Of a DNA stretch of 64,000 nucleotides, positions 26,038 through 38,050 are shown piece by piece (position 1 is the stretch's first letter; each line of letters opens with the position of its first letter). The notes below the pieces were generated by a model. It saw only the letters and a list, made by a program, of their open reading frames with translations. It was not told the origin of the DNA and did not search any database. The position numbers were made by a program, and so were the translations under genes. The DNA comes from Camelus dromedarius. Its lineage: Eukaryota. The stretch spans positions 2,728,001 to 2,792,000 of the forward strand of contig NC_087461.1 of assembly GCF_036321535.1 (NCBI RefSeq). The letters run 5' to 3'.

Positions 26038-27689
26038 CCTTCAAACCACAGATCAAATTGGCTAAAATTATAAAGGGAAGTGATGGGCACACAAAACTGA
26101 AAAGTGAGAGGGATTTCAGGCTTCGGAGGCAGTTTCGTCACAACCCTGTCCTGCTCCTCCCAGTCTCTGGATCCGGCCGCCTCCCATGATTAAGCTTCAA
26201 ACTCAGGCTGACTTGATGATATAAATATTTAGAAGCTATGAAAGTCTTTCCCCAAATAGTACAGCGTCTAGAACACTGTTACAAACATCTATCTGTGTAA
26301 ATCAATAAAATGTGAAGAACTTGAGGTCGATGTTCAAGTGTTATTTAAGGTGTTAGCTCTTTTCTCGGAGCTCCTGGACTCAAACAGCCGAACTCATGCC
26401 TGTCTCAGGTGGTGGGGGGCGGCCTAAGGATTCCAGAGGCTGGATCAGGAAGGGTCAGCACTCCATTTGAGGCACCTCTGTTTTACCCAGAGAGCAACAT
26501 GCAGCCTTTTAAGACTGTTAACTAGGTGAGAGGCATGATCAGGCTTGAATTTCAGGAGGCTCCCTCTGAACACAGCAGGGGAGACTGGGAAAAATACAAG
26601 CCCAGGGGTAAGGGCAGTAACTGATGAGCCCGAGCAAGGCCAAGGGCACCCATGCTTCCGGGAGTTTGGATTTGGATTTCAGACACTAACTCGCATCTGT
26701 AGGTGGCCAGGACTGCTGTCCACGCCAACTCGGGAGAACAGTCAGGGTGATTCTGACACATGTACAGAGCAGTTGGTTTGCAAGCAGGGGAGAGAACAAA
26801 TCAGGAAGAACGAGATGGAGCTGAGAGCCCCCTCCCCGAGTCGTGACGGGTCCAGGGCCACAGTCCTGTGACCAGCAGCTCCGCGCCCACCCCGTGCCTC
26901 CCTTCAGGTGCTCCAGATCTTTAAATGGCCCATGATGCTTCGCTTCTACTAGAGCAACGGGGCTTTGCTAACCGCAGCCCAAAAGGCTTGCCTAAGCATT
27001 TTAATTTCCATTTCATAGTAGGTGTTAACTAACATTGCTAAATGAATTAATGTAAGAATAAATGAATACATAAATTAAGTCAGTGGCTTCAGATGAATCT
27101 TGGCAATTTCATTAACAACATAAGGCTCTCTATGATTTCTTTCAGCTAATTACCTGCGTCCGTTTATTACCTTTTCACTCCCAATTCTACCCTCTCCCCC
27201 CTGGAAGGAGGCAGTTTGTCTTTCGCGCACTAGTATGATTATCTTGCATGGATTTTCCCTAGCGAATCCTCAATCGATGTAGCTTTTATTTGATTTCTAG
27301 AGGCCAACGTGATAAAATGGCCAAGTGAGATATACAGACATTAAGTTCTCTTAACATTTCAGAAGACTCGATTTTTGGTGAGTGGAATAATAAAGGAAAA
27401 TCTACTTTCGTTAAGTTCTGGAGAAAAACGATCATGTAATTTGGCCAAAGGGAGTAGCGAACTCAAGATAACAGACAGATCTGAACCAAAGCTTGATTCC
27501 AGAACGGCCACAAAGTGTGAGAGAGGAAAACAGGTGGGCTGCGTGGGAGCAGGATGGTTAGCTTTTGGAGACAATCACACTGACAACTAAGACTCTGTAA
27601 CTTTTTTTTTTCCAGTAACAGGAAATTAACAAATTAATTAGTGTCTTTGGGGTGAAGTAACACGAGAAATGGCACATTGAATTGTTGAG

Positions 27690-27900
27690 GAAGCACTGTG
27701 GTGTCCACTGCAGCCTAGCGCACAGATTCCGGAGTCAGACTGTCTGAGATCCAGTCCCACCCCCCGACCCCCATTCACAGGCTCTGTGCCTTTGGGTAAT
27801 CAGCCTAGCCTCTCTGGGCCTCAAATTGTCAGCTCCCAAAAGGAGGTTAACACCCTATCTCAGATGGTGGTTGTCACAAATTATGGATATTTTAAGGATA
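27690..27900 (+). mobile_element. MIR
   Basis: ggagtcagactgtctgagatccagtccc...gctctgtgcctttgggtaatc...ctctctgggcctca. Confidence 0.7.
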
Positions 27901-29339
27901 TATGGGGGATGGGGAGGCTGCAGAGGGAGGGCTGTGTAGGTTTGGGAAAGGGGGCACCCGGAGAAGAAGGGTGGAGGAATGGTAGCAGCAGCTCTGGAGG
28001 GGGGGTCACCACCTAATCCCAAGGGGAAGTCGCCACAGCCCAGGGAATCCCTCCTGCATCTGCCTATGAACAGGCAGCGCAAGCCAGCATCCTTCAATTG
28101 CAGAGCACTTGTCCATTAATTGAATGTCAACAAAAGCAGTAAACCTAAGCCTCTCTGGTGCATCACCAGAGTGAGGGCACTGCTTTGTTAAGGGCCCACC
28201 CTTACACCACGTTCGGTGAGGTGGTGCTTTACCTGAATTGAGAGAGTGATACTCCAAACCCTAGCACAGCTTCTCAAATGCCATCTGGTCAGCCTGAAAG
28301 GCTAGTAAGAGAGAAAAAATACAAGCATAACTAAGAAACACAGCGATGAACAAATCACAGCTCTCTTTGACTTGAGAACCTGCAGTGGTTTTAAGACTGT
28401 GTCTCACTTAGCATAATGTCCATATTTGCTCTTTTTTTACATTATTGTAGTCTTTAATGAGATATAGAAATAAATACAAATTTAAGAGAATTAACTGTTA
28501 CCTGATCTCAAACGAATAGACCTAATCACCAACAGTTGGTGTGTCTTACAAGGAGCCCAGAGAGGCTGCTTACATGATGGTTTTGAAAGGCATGGTCAGC
28601 TTCAGCTTAAATCCTCAACACTGGAAATGCAGGGCTTACTTTAAACAGCACAAGTTTGTCCTAAGGAAATCGTTTAATGTCGTATTTGGTTTTCATGACT
28701 GTTTGGCTAAGCTTCTGACACGACCCTGACTTGCCTGGCCCACATTTCTAAATCACTCGGACTGAAAGAAGGAAGAAAAAAAAGAGCCTTTGGACAGAGA
28801 TAACCCCAAAACATGCGACTGAAATGTGGTATTTTGCAGCGTCAGAAAGACTGTTCTGGCTGAGAAGATGTTTTCCCTGCAACACAGATGTGCTTTTCAA
28901 AGCCTCATAGTTTCCTCCTGTGAAAACATGTTGAGCCAGCTGAGTCCTTGAAGGAAACAACTCTCCCCTGAACTCAGCTCTGCTGAGAGAGCAGGCGAGT
29001 CGCAGCCGCGCTCTCTGTGTCTGAGGGCCTCCTGGGCTTTACCGCGTGAGGACGAACTGGAGGACTGAGGTCCCAGGATTAACGTGGACTCCAGCTTTTA
29101 AAAGAATGAGAAAACGCACAGATGTTCCCACGGATGTGCCAGCGTGCTCGTCACCATCAGTCCTCAGAGTGTGAAAACCTCCGTCTGTAATATTCAAAAT
29201 CCTTGTTGGTCATGATTAGTAATATGTTTACTGTTAAAAGATTCCCAGTAAAGACTGAGAGTGGGTAAGTGTATGGCAATGGCAGGAATGTCCCCTCATG
29301 TGGTTCAAGTTTGCGGGGATTACAAATACAGCCGCTGGA

Positions 29340-29850
29340 AACAACTTCTCTCCAGGGTGGGGTAAACACTTGCATTCCTACCAGCACCGATCGGCATTTT
29401 CGCCAAGTACTCGGCTGGCCTTTGTTGTTGTTACCCGTGCGTAGTGGTATCTCATTTCGGTTTGAGTTTCTCTAATGATTAAAGATGTTGAGCATCTTTT
29501 CACGTGCTTATTTGCTAATCATATTCATCTGTAGTGAAGTGTCTGTTCAAACCTTTTGCCTGTTTTCTTTTTATTGGAGTCTAGTCAGTTTACCATGTTG
29601 TGTCAATCTCTGGTGTACAGCACGTTTCAGTCATACATATACATGCACATATTCCTTTTCATTTTCTTTTTCATTATAGGTTACAAGATACTGAATATAG
29701 TTCCCTGTGCTCTACAGAAGAAACTTCTTGTGTACCTACTGTACATACAGTAGTTAGCATCTGCAAATCTCAAACTCCCAATTTATCCCTTCCCACCCGT
29801 TCCCCCTGGTAACTTCAAGTTTCCTCTGTGAGTCTGTTTATTGCCTAATT
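29340..29850 (-). mobile_element. Antisense L1 ORF2 fragment followed by antisense artiodactyl L1 3' end
   Basis: gtagtggtatctcatt...ctaatgattaaagatgttgagcatcttttca; then cattataggttacaagatactgaatatagttccctgtgct. Confidence 0.85.
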
Positions 29851-30689
29851 TTTTATTGCTTCTACTTTTCCACCATTGAATTCTGTTGGCAAAGATGCTG
29901 ATGAACTTTAGTTGACTTGTTTTTATCCTCCTTTATTTTTCTGTTAGGTGTCTATGATGCCACCCTATAAAAATGGAGCTACCTTTGGCTTTAAATTTCA
30001 GAAAACTCAAGTAACAATGAAGTAATTGATAAGAAAATTTGATTACCTCACAGAATTCTGTCACACCCCTTCAGAGGTCCCAAAATGTGGAGTCTCCATA
30101 GTTGATTAATCACCAGATCATAAAACACTGCTTTCCATTTCCAATTTTACCATGTTCAGACTTTACACTTATCGAGGGTGCCTGTGTGTTTGGCAAGAGC
30201 AAAATCATACATGCCAATGTCCATCCGAAGTAGGGAGACCGTTTTTCACCACGCATCCTCCTTTGAGCAGCCCCTCATAACACAGGTCACATAACCACCT
30301 ATAAATGACTCAAAACCATGCAAGAAAAGCCCCTCACTTTCTATGGGTTCTTAAGCAGGTGAGATCCTGCTGGCCTTAGGCCCCATCCTCACATATAAGT
30401 CAATCAATCTGGAGGGAAATAGACGAATCAGCCCTTTCCAGACTCATGTAGAAAAGGGATGCACAGAGTTCTGCGAGCAAGGAGGGAAGGGGCAATGTTT
30501 GCTGGGTAGACAACCGATCAGATCTGCTGTACACTTTTTACTGGGTTTTCTGTTTCTAGCACTTATCCCTTAAGTGGCCATAATAATAGAGTTGTTTAAG
30601 GGCCTCTCTCCAGTCATTTTCTTCTCCCAACTTTTCACTCACAACTACGGTCTCTCTCCCAACTGCACGCTCTTGGCTTTGAAATCTAA

Positions 30690-30695
30690 TTTAAT
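30690..30695 (-). terminator. Candidate poly(A) signal ATTAAA for the MCTS1 retrogene
   Basis: First strong hexamer I see on the minus strand after the stop, about 295 nt downstream. Confidence 0.35.
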
Positions 30696-30767
30696 ACAGA
30701 GAGAGAATTTACCTGTTTGATCGGGTATCTGCTTGGACAGACAAGACAGCAAATCACTCGTCCGTAA

Positions 30768-30830
30768 ACACACTCACAGGCATACACTCACACAGACACA
30801 CACACACACACACAATGACACACACGCACA
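30768..30830. repeat. Imperfect (CA)n microsatellite
   Basis: Read directly. Confidence 0.9.
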
Positions 30831-30849
30831 CAGGCGGATTCGTTCCCAA

Positions 30850-30990
30850 GCTTTACTTTGTCTTTTGTCCCTTCGTTTAGCGTCCGCTGACTCGCTAACC
30901 ACGGGGGTGCTGCCTTCACGCTGTCACACACAGACACAAGCACAGGCCCAGCACTAGGTCCACCCTGGGCCCCAGCGCGTCTCCTGAGGC
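30850..30990 (-). other. MCTS1: Retrotransposed MCTS1 3'UTR plus decayed poly(A) tail
   Basis: TGAgcctcag...gtgtctgtgtgtgacagcgtgaag...gtggtta resembles the MCTS1 3'UTR as recalled, followed by A-rich aaacgaagggacaaaagacaaagtaaag. Confidence 0.65.
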
Positions 30991-31536
30991 TCACTTGTAC
31001 GTCTTCATGTGCCACAGCCCGTCGTTTAAGTAGTGGATGTTCTCAATCCCGATTCCTTTGTTGACCTTCTCGATTTCCTCCGCCGACATCTTCATGACCC
31101 CCACGCACAGCGCGTGCTGCTTTCCTTCTGCCATGATCGCGACCACCGTGTCCGCCGCGGCCGGGTAGAGCCTGGCGCCGGGGGAGGTCAGGCCCGGACA
31201 CATGATGTTCGCGCCGCTGAGCACGAACTTGATGGCGCCTTTGTCCACCTGCTGGCGCGGCAGGATGAAGGGGTACTTGTGCAGCAGCCTCAGCGTCGGG
31301 TAGAAGGGCCCCTCCCTCTGCCTGAAGAACAGCAGGTCCCCGTTGACCGTGAGGATCTCTATGTGCTCGTGGCACCGCACGATTTTGACCGGGTCTTTCT
31401 TGGGCATGATCTGGTTCAGCCACGGCTCGATACCTGGAAACTGCTCCACCAGCTGGTTCTTAATACCCTTAATCACTGACGACTTCAGCTGGATGCAGTT
31501 GGACACATTTTCTTTTTCATCAAATTTCTTGAACAT
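30991..31536 (-). CDS. MCTS1: Intact intronless MCTS1 retrogene (MCT-1 translation re-initiation/40S recycling factor, PUA domain), 181 aa
   Basis: [18 protein letters not shown]...[14 protein letters not shown]; 546 nt uninterrupted; about 8 conservative differences from human MCTS1 as recalled; no introns; UTR homology and tail remnant. Confidence 0.95.
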   Translation of the reverse strand: MFKKFDEKENVSNCIQLKSSVIKGIKNQLVEQFPGIEPWLNQIMPKKDPVKIVRCHEHIEILTVNGDLLFFRQREGPFYPTLRLLHKYPFILPRQQVDKGAIKFVLSGANIMCPGLTSPGARLYPAAADTVVAIMAEGKQHALCVGVMKMSAEEIEKVNKGIGIENIHYLNDGLWHMKTYK

Positions 31537-31539
31537 GAT

Positions 31540-32260
31540 CCAAGGCGAAGAGGGCGACGACAAGGAAGCGGCCGCAACCGGGGGGGAAAAATGAATCACC
31601 GCGAGCTCGGCGGAGGCGCTTACCGGAGGCGGGCCGGCGGGTCGCTCGGCGCGGCCGTCGCTAACCGGAAGTGAGGCGCGCTTTACGGCCGCCCGTCGTG
31701 CCGACTTCCGCCCCTCGGGGCCCGGCGGCGCGCCTGCCGGCGGGGTCGGGCTGCCGGCTCCGCCCCGGAGCGGGCGGGTAGCGGAGCGGGGCGGGGCTTG
31801 AGGAGGGAGCGGAGACACAGCCGTCACTCTCGCCGCAGGGAAAGAGACACGGAGGGGGCCTGAGTTTTAGTTTTATTACTGGGGAACCGGATCCGCATCC
31901 GCCCAAGTCCCCGAGCCGGAAACCGGGAGGGAATCCTGCCGCGTGGGCCCTCGCCCTCCGTGCGGTGGCCGCGAGGAGGCGAGCCCGGCGCGCCGCCCTC
32001 TGCCCCAGCTCGCCGCCTTCCCTGCGCTCACGCCCGCGGACGTCGCTCGGCGCCGGGCCCCGTCCTTGCAGACAGCTGCTGCCGGCCGCCTTCCGGTTTC
32101 TGTCCAGCGGCACGCGGGGGGCGGGGGGGAGGCATCGCCGGCTGGCGGGATGCAGACGCTGCAGGGTTTCAGTCCTTTTAAATATACTCAGACTTGGTCT
32201 GTAGGCCAGAATAGGGTCCCGTGGAGAACGGAGCGGCGCCTGAAAGGGAAGTGTGCTCTG
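31540..32260 (-). promoter_or_regulatory. CpG-island promoter of the retrogene, possibly bidirectional
   Basis: ETS ACCGGAAGTG 31664-31673, ACTTCCG 31704-31710, GC box GGGGCGGGGC 31788-31797; no upstream ATG on minus strand 31540-31830. Confidence 0.75.
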
Positions 32261-32284
32261 CTTTGTTGCGGCCGCTGCCTCTCT

Positions 32285-32445
32285 GGTCCTGTCTGTCTCT
32301 TCTATCAGTTACTGACGGCGTGTCGAAATCTCCATGATTGTGGATCTCTTTCCCTTTTCAGTTCTGTCAGCTTTGGATTTATGTATCTTGAAGCTCCGTT
32401 ATTAGGCCCACACTCCTTTAAGATTAATATGAAAGTCACCCTGTT
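32285..32445 (-). mobile_element. Old L1 ORF2 5' fragment, antisense
   Basis: gtcgaaatctccatgattgtggatctc...cagttctgtcagctttggatttatgtatcttgaagctccgttattagg. Confidence 0.7.
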
Positions 32446-32479
32446 AATTAGGATTTTATCTACCTAGGTTTTACTTGTC

Positions 32480-32605
32480 GTCCTAAGAAGTGTGAGGCCC
32501 GTGAGGGCAGGAGTTCTGTGTTTTACCTCTGTATTTTCTCACCTAGCATAAGGTCTGTTTCATACTACATACTGCACGCATAGTAAGTGATAAATGAATG
32601 AATGC
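32480..32605 (+). mobile_element. L2 3' end
   Basis: gtgagggcaggagttctgtgtttt...cctagcat...ataaatgaatgaatg. Confidence 0.7.
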
Positions 32606-32809
32606 TTCCTCTTCCCCAAGATACGGTCCCTTTCTTTCCCAGACAGTGCGGTGTGAAGAGAGTAAGGGCAAACCCCTGCTCTGTGGACACTTCTTTCCAA
32701 TAAACACACGCTTAACCTGGGAAGCCTGCACTGCAGCAGAATTGTAAAGTGCTGAATGTGTAACGGAAAGATAACGTGCATTTCCTCACTCTTGGGAGCT
32801 TATAGCACA

Positions 32810-33100
32810 TGAGAGTTTTATATATGATATGTATTTATATATGTATATATTATATATATAAACTCATTATTGTAAGGAATTGGCTCACATGGTTGTGGAG
32901 GCTGAGGAGTCCCAGCATCGTCAACAACCTGGAGACCCAGGAGATAAGGCCCGAGGCCCCGGGTGGTACCACTTTCAGTCAGTCCAAGTCAGAAGGCAGG
33001 TGAAGACCACTGTCCCAGCTCCAGGGCCATCAGGCAGGAGGAATTCCTTCTTACGCAGGGGAGAGTCAACCTTTTTGTTCTGGCTAGTTTATAAGCAGCT
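32810..33100. mobile_element. ERVL MLT2-like LTR fragment
   Basis: ttattgtaaggaattggctcacatggttgtggaggctgaggagtccca...ctggagacccagg...gaagaccactgtcccagctc. Confidence 0.75.
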
Positions 33101-36100
33101 AACCTTGTTATTCATGGAGTTTATGTGCTGAACTCTCAGAGGAAGATTCTCTTTCTTTGGTTCTTAAGGGATATCGTGCTGCTGTTCTTACGTGTGACGT
33201 CAGTGCTGTCCGAGCAGCACAAAGCAGATCGGGAAATTCAGCGGAGGGAAAGTCGTTACGGGCCAGAGTGACCAGGGTGGCCTGTCTGCAGACGCCTGCC
33301 GCACGATCAGAAGCGAGCTGACTTAGACCTGGCTGTCGGGGGCATGCCCAGGGGATTGTTTTGGTGCAGCCATTTTAGGCAAAGGACTCAAAAAAGTCAT
33401 CTGGATCTCCATAGCAATGGAATCTTTTTGAAGTTAACTATCAGTCTTATCTGAAATCATCCATCTTAGCCCACGAGGCACCTGTGTGCAGCTGCCATAA
33501 CAGGGACACTGAGTGCTAGTTTTTGCTTCTAAATTATTCAGTTAAGAAAATGAAAAAAAAACTCTTTTCAGACTTTCTAAAAACTCACCTTCTCTAAGAT
33601 CATGGGACCTGGTTCTCAAACTTTATACAAGAAGCTAGATCTTTGAGGCTGGCATACATTAGTATATGAAGAAATATGAGACCCAAGTGTTGCTTTAAAC
33701 ATACAAATATATTAAAACATTACCAACTTAATCTCGTTAAATAATTTTAAATCAATTCAAAATTGATTAACTATATAGATTTTAAAAAGAAGGAAAGTTA
33801 CAGAACAGAATTCATCTTTCAGGCCCCGGATGTACCAGTTGCTAAGTCTGACCCCCTTGGTAGCACTTTATTTCCTCATAAAATCAGAATAATACAGTGT
33901 ACACGCCACAAGGTATACGGTGTGATTATAAGGAATGAAAAACACAATACATAAGGAGCTTACCTGCTAGTAGGAGACTGTGTAAGTACATTTTAAAGTG
34001 TTTATTTATTTGCAAAACGCCCTTTATGCAGGTAGTTTTAAGATCTAAGATTATCGTGTACGTGTAGAATTTTTACAGAAAAGTATTGTAGCTTTGGATA
34101 ATTTGCTAAGTCAAATAGTCAAGAGATGCCAGAAATCCATTTTATGTCAGTAATCACTTGGGAGTATGTAATCGAGACATGGTGGTTATGTTGCAAAAAA
34201 TGAGGAAACCAAGTGAAAAAATTTCTCAGGTTCCTCGCATCTCCAAAATTCCCAGCGTGACCCCCACACCTTGGGTTGTACTGTTTCAAACGGTTCACCT
34301 TCAGGCAGCTTTGTCTGCATTTTGAGAAATGGCCACTAGAGGACAGGAGACCCAAACGATGAAGTCTTAGTGTTCACCAAGATCCTTAGAACGTTCCCAA
34401 CTTATAGGTAACTATTTTTTATCATACAATTGTCTTTCCTCAGTCGGGTTTCCTAAATAAACAAACCCATCTATCCAGAGCCACAAAACAGTTCCCAAGC
34501 TCAGATGAAGCACATTCTAAATAGTAAGCTACTTGATTTACAATTTGTGAGTTTTCTCTGTATAAATAATCACTTCTAAAATGATGTCTATTAAAACAAA
34601 AAGTTAGCCCCATATTTTCGGCCCTTTGAAAAGAAATATTAAAAGTGCCCTTTCTCACACTGCTTTAATGTATGAACCAGTTTTGAAAATTAAAAAAGTT
34701 CTGTGTGCTGTAAAAATAATCCCATGACATCCAAAATGTGTTTAGCTATGTCGTCTACCTCATCGCTCCGGTCCACGGGTGACACTTAAACACCACAGAA
34801 GTGTCCCCTGCACACTAAGCCTGTGGATGGACGGGTAGAAGACGTGTGGTCGCCCAGAGGAAAGGGCCCCACGTGGCAGGCGTGGGCTGGGGGGGGGGCC
34901 CCAGGGTCTTAGGGGCTCTCCTTCCCAAGGCACACCCTACCAGAGGGTGAGCCCTTGCCTGGGAGTACTGAACCCTCCCTTCTCCTCTGGACTCTGTCCC
35001 CCTTTTGGACCCTTGCCAGTCCCTGACATCCTGGCCTCAGTTTCCCGATTGTCCCAGGAGGAGATGGACACGAAATGGCATGAGCCCCGCCGCATGTGGA
35101 CATGGCCCAGGCTCCTGGCCCACAGGCCCTCGGGGTGTAGGACGCGCTCAGGGGCGCAGGGACTTCCTCCCACACGCGGACTCAGCACGGGGCAGCCCGC
35201 CTCACATCCAAGTCCACCACCTGGCGCGCACACAGGCCCACGGGCGGCGCGGGCCAGAGGCCTCACCTTGCCACGCACGTGCTCGATGCACCGAGGGCTC
35301 CCAGCTGGCCATTACTGCACGTCCCCAACGGCCTCTGAGCCCCACAGGCCACCCCACTCCAGTCAGACTGGCTGGAGACGTGGGGCCTGAAAGTCGCGGA
35401 ACACCCCCCCACATACACATCTGCTGTCCTGGCCCCCAGACTCCTCCGCGGAGGCCAGCGCGGTGCACGGCTGCGGCCGGAAGGCTTGCAGGGGACAGCA
35501 GATGACGAGTCTGCGCGGGAGACGTTCAGGCTGCCCCTTCTCCCTCCTCCCCCTTCACCCTTCCTCCCTGTCCTCAGGGGGACAGCTCCCCCCTGGCCCT
35601 GGCTGGTGGGGACCCCTAGAGGAGGTGGGTGAGTGTTGGGGGTAATTACTGTTATTAGGGAGCCCCTATCCTGGCACTCAGTGAGGTCACCCCATTTCAT
35701 AGATGAACCATGGCACCAACGCCCAGAGTCACTCAGCTCTCAGGGACAAGCCCAGACCATCGGAGACTGAGAGGTCACAACAGAAGCCTCCCTGTGTCGG
35801 GGGTGTGACTGGCCCCCCCGTCAGTCTAACCTCAAAGGCTGTGCTATGCAGCCTTGGAGGTGAGTCCATCGTGGACGGGGGACAAGGGGAGGGCACCGCA
35901 GGCTAGGGGCTGTGAGGACGCAAGGGCTTGGAGGGGCTCCTGAGGGAGAAGGGCTCCAGGAAGACGAGAGTCAGGCTGAGGGGTGCACACGGGACTGGTC
36001 CTCGGGACCAGGTCACGCAGCTCTGAATGCCAGGCCAGGCGTCGGGGCCGCTGCAGGCTGGTGGGCAGGAGACACGATGCAGCAGTCTTACTAGAGCCAC

Positions 36101-36179
36101 AGCATCCTAGAGGCAGAGCTTGTGGGCACGTTATCCACCCCAGTCACAGCACGGACCCCAGGGACCACCCGGGTTGGAG

Positions 36180-37150
36180 AAGCCTGCTTCGTGCCCTCGT
36201 GTGCACGGGGGAGGCTGCTGTGTCTCCTCGCAGGGCTGGATGCGCTGCCTGGACGTGCCAGGTACCTTTCAGGAGAGGTCTGTGCCCAGAGAGGGCTGGT
36301 TGAGGGGCCCCAGGGGACTCCCCACCCCCACCCCCATCCAGGTCACCAGGGCTCTTGTCCATGTTGCTGTCGACCCCCTCCAGACTGACAGGGTTGGAGC
36401 TGTGTCACCTACCCGCTAGAACAGGACAGCGAGGAGCTGTGCCTGCAGACCCGAGACACGGTGCTTGTGGCTGTACGCACTGGGAAGAAGGAGATGCTGC
36501 TGGAGGCGAACTGATGCTGTCGACTTGGGGGGACTCTGACGAGGTGAACTCCCAGAACAGTGGGGGATGGGAAGGTCAGCAGAAGCCCTGGACTCTGCTG
36601 GGCACCCCCATCCTAGGGGGCAGCACTGGGGCTTCTAGAGGTTGGAGCTTCTTGGCTCCTTTTGTGGGTGCAGATTGGGGAACCCAGGAGGGGCTGCAGA
36701 AGTGCCATCAAGAGAAGAGGCGGGTGTTCAGCTTCCTTCCTTGGCCATCAGAGGACTCGAGGACAAAGCTCACATTGATCTTCACTTCAGAGCCTGAGAT
36801 GCTGGCTGAGTCCCCGCTGAACTCATCGGGAAAGCCCCCTCTGCGGAGGTAGGGATCCTGTGGTCCTGGGGACTTGCAGCTGCTGCTGGTCCTGGGCTCT
36901 TTGTTGGGACCCTTGTGGCTGAGTGGAATGCTGGCTTTGCAGTGGTCAGAGCCGCCGGGAGTGGTGCTCTGGGGTGCCCGTGGGCAGAGGTGGCAGTGAC
37001 CCACCCGCAGCAAGGCACGAGGGAAGAACACAGAGGACGGTGGGGGTGGGCAGGGCTCCACGCCCGCCGCAGAACCCCTGGCAACACCAAGCTAGTCTTC
37101 AGATCCCAGAGAGCAGAAGTCCCCCACGGCTGTGAGCAGTCCATGGGCGG
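36180..37150 (-). repeat. Array unit D: diverged paralog of 39280-40100 (start region plus upstream flank), no ATG
   Basis: Collinear shared words with unit A: gcctgc(c)ttcgtg.cct..cgtgtgca, agaggtctg, catgttgctgtc, caggacagcgagg, ctcccagaacag, cttggctc....tgtgggtgca, cttcagagc. Confidence 0.8.
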
Positions 37151-37329
37151 CAGGTCAGCCCGTAGACCACCCGCTTCTTACACATGACACTGTGTATATA
37201 CACACAGCAAAAGAATTTCAGGGTAAAAGTGGGATCTGGCAGTTGGGGCCGAAAATGCCCAGGGGCCCGGCTAGTCCAGTCCGTAAGTGCTTCCCTGCCG
37301 GCCTGACCACCCAGACCCTGGGGAGTGAG

Positions 37330-38050
37330 GCTCGGTGCCTGCAGGGCCGGGGCTGGTTAGACGATGGCCCCGGTGAGCCAGAAAAAGAGGAGGAAAGTAA
37401 ACCTAGGTAGCGGGAGGAAGGAAGCAGTGAGGATAGAGCGAGACAAATGGGCAGAAAGCAAACGAGCCTTCGAGCGAAGCAAGGAAAACAAGTTCCTTCT
37501 TGAAAAGATTTACAAAATTGGCCCATATTTTCCTAAATTAATTAAAGAGAAGACTCAAATTACAAAAGCATAAGTGACCATGGGACATTATTAATGACTC
37601 TACATAAAGGAAAAGAATTATAAAAACAAAGTGCCCTGAACAATGGCAGGCTGAGAAACTGGTTAGGCTCGAGGAAGTGGATAAACTCCTAGCGCCAGCA
37701 AACTAGCAAAACCGACTCCAGAAGAAATGGAAACTGGACAGGGGCCGTCGTAAGTAACAAGACTGAGTCAGTTACCAGAAACTTCTCAACAAAGAAAAGC
37801 AGAGAATCAGAGAACCTCCCTGCTGAATTATCCCAAATACGTAAGAAGATGTGACACCAGTCACTCTCGGATCCTTGCAACAAACTACAAGAGGAAGGAG
37901 AACTCGGTCTGCGATGCCAGCGGTCCTCCCTGAGACGGAAGACAAGGGACCTCCCGAGGACAGAAAACTGCAGGCCAAAGTCCAGTATGAACAGAAATGC
38001 AAAAACCCCAGACAAGATGCTAGCAAACAGAACTGAGCGGTACGCTGAAT
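37330..38050 (+). mobile_element. Old L1 ORF2 fragment, GC-shifted
   Basis: aaagagaagactcaaattacaaaa...gaagtggataaactcctag...ccagaagaaatggaaact...aacaaagaaaagc...caagaggaagga. Confidence 0.8.

Noticed and set aside
31033-31479. 148-aa plus-strand ORF over the retrogene
   Set aside because: Antisense shadow of a high-GC3 CDS
30991-31536. Calling the gene MCTS2
   Set aside because: MCTS2 lies in an HM13 intron; no HM13 exons are seen and the neighbour is AKR1E2; a gene tree is still needed
30991-31827. 278-aa ORF as an N-terminally extended MCTS1
   Set aside because: The extension has no ATG and is GC-rich leader/promoter with few stops; homology starts at the ATG at 31536
34947-35505. 147/166-aa plus-strand ORFs as a fifth array unit
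   Set aside because: Only a short TACTGCAC match; no collinear similarity found
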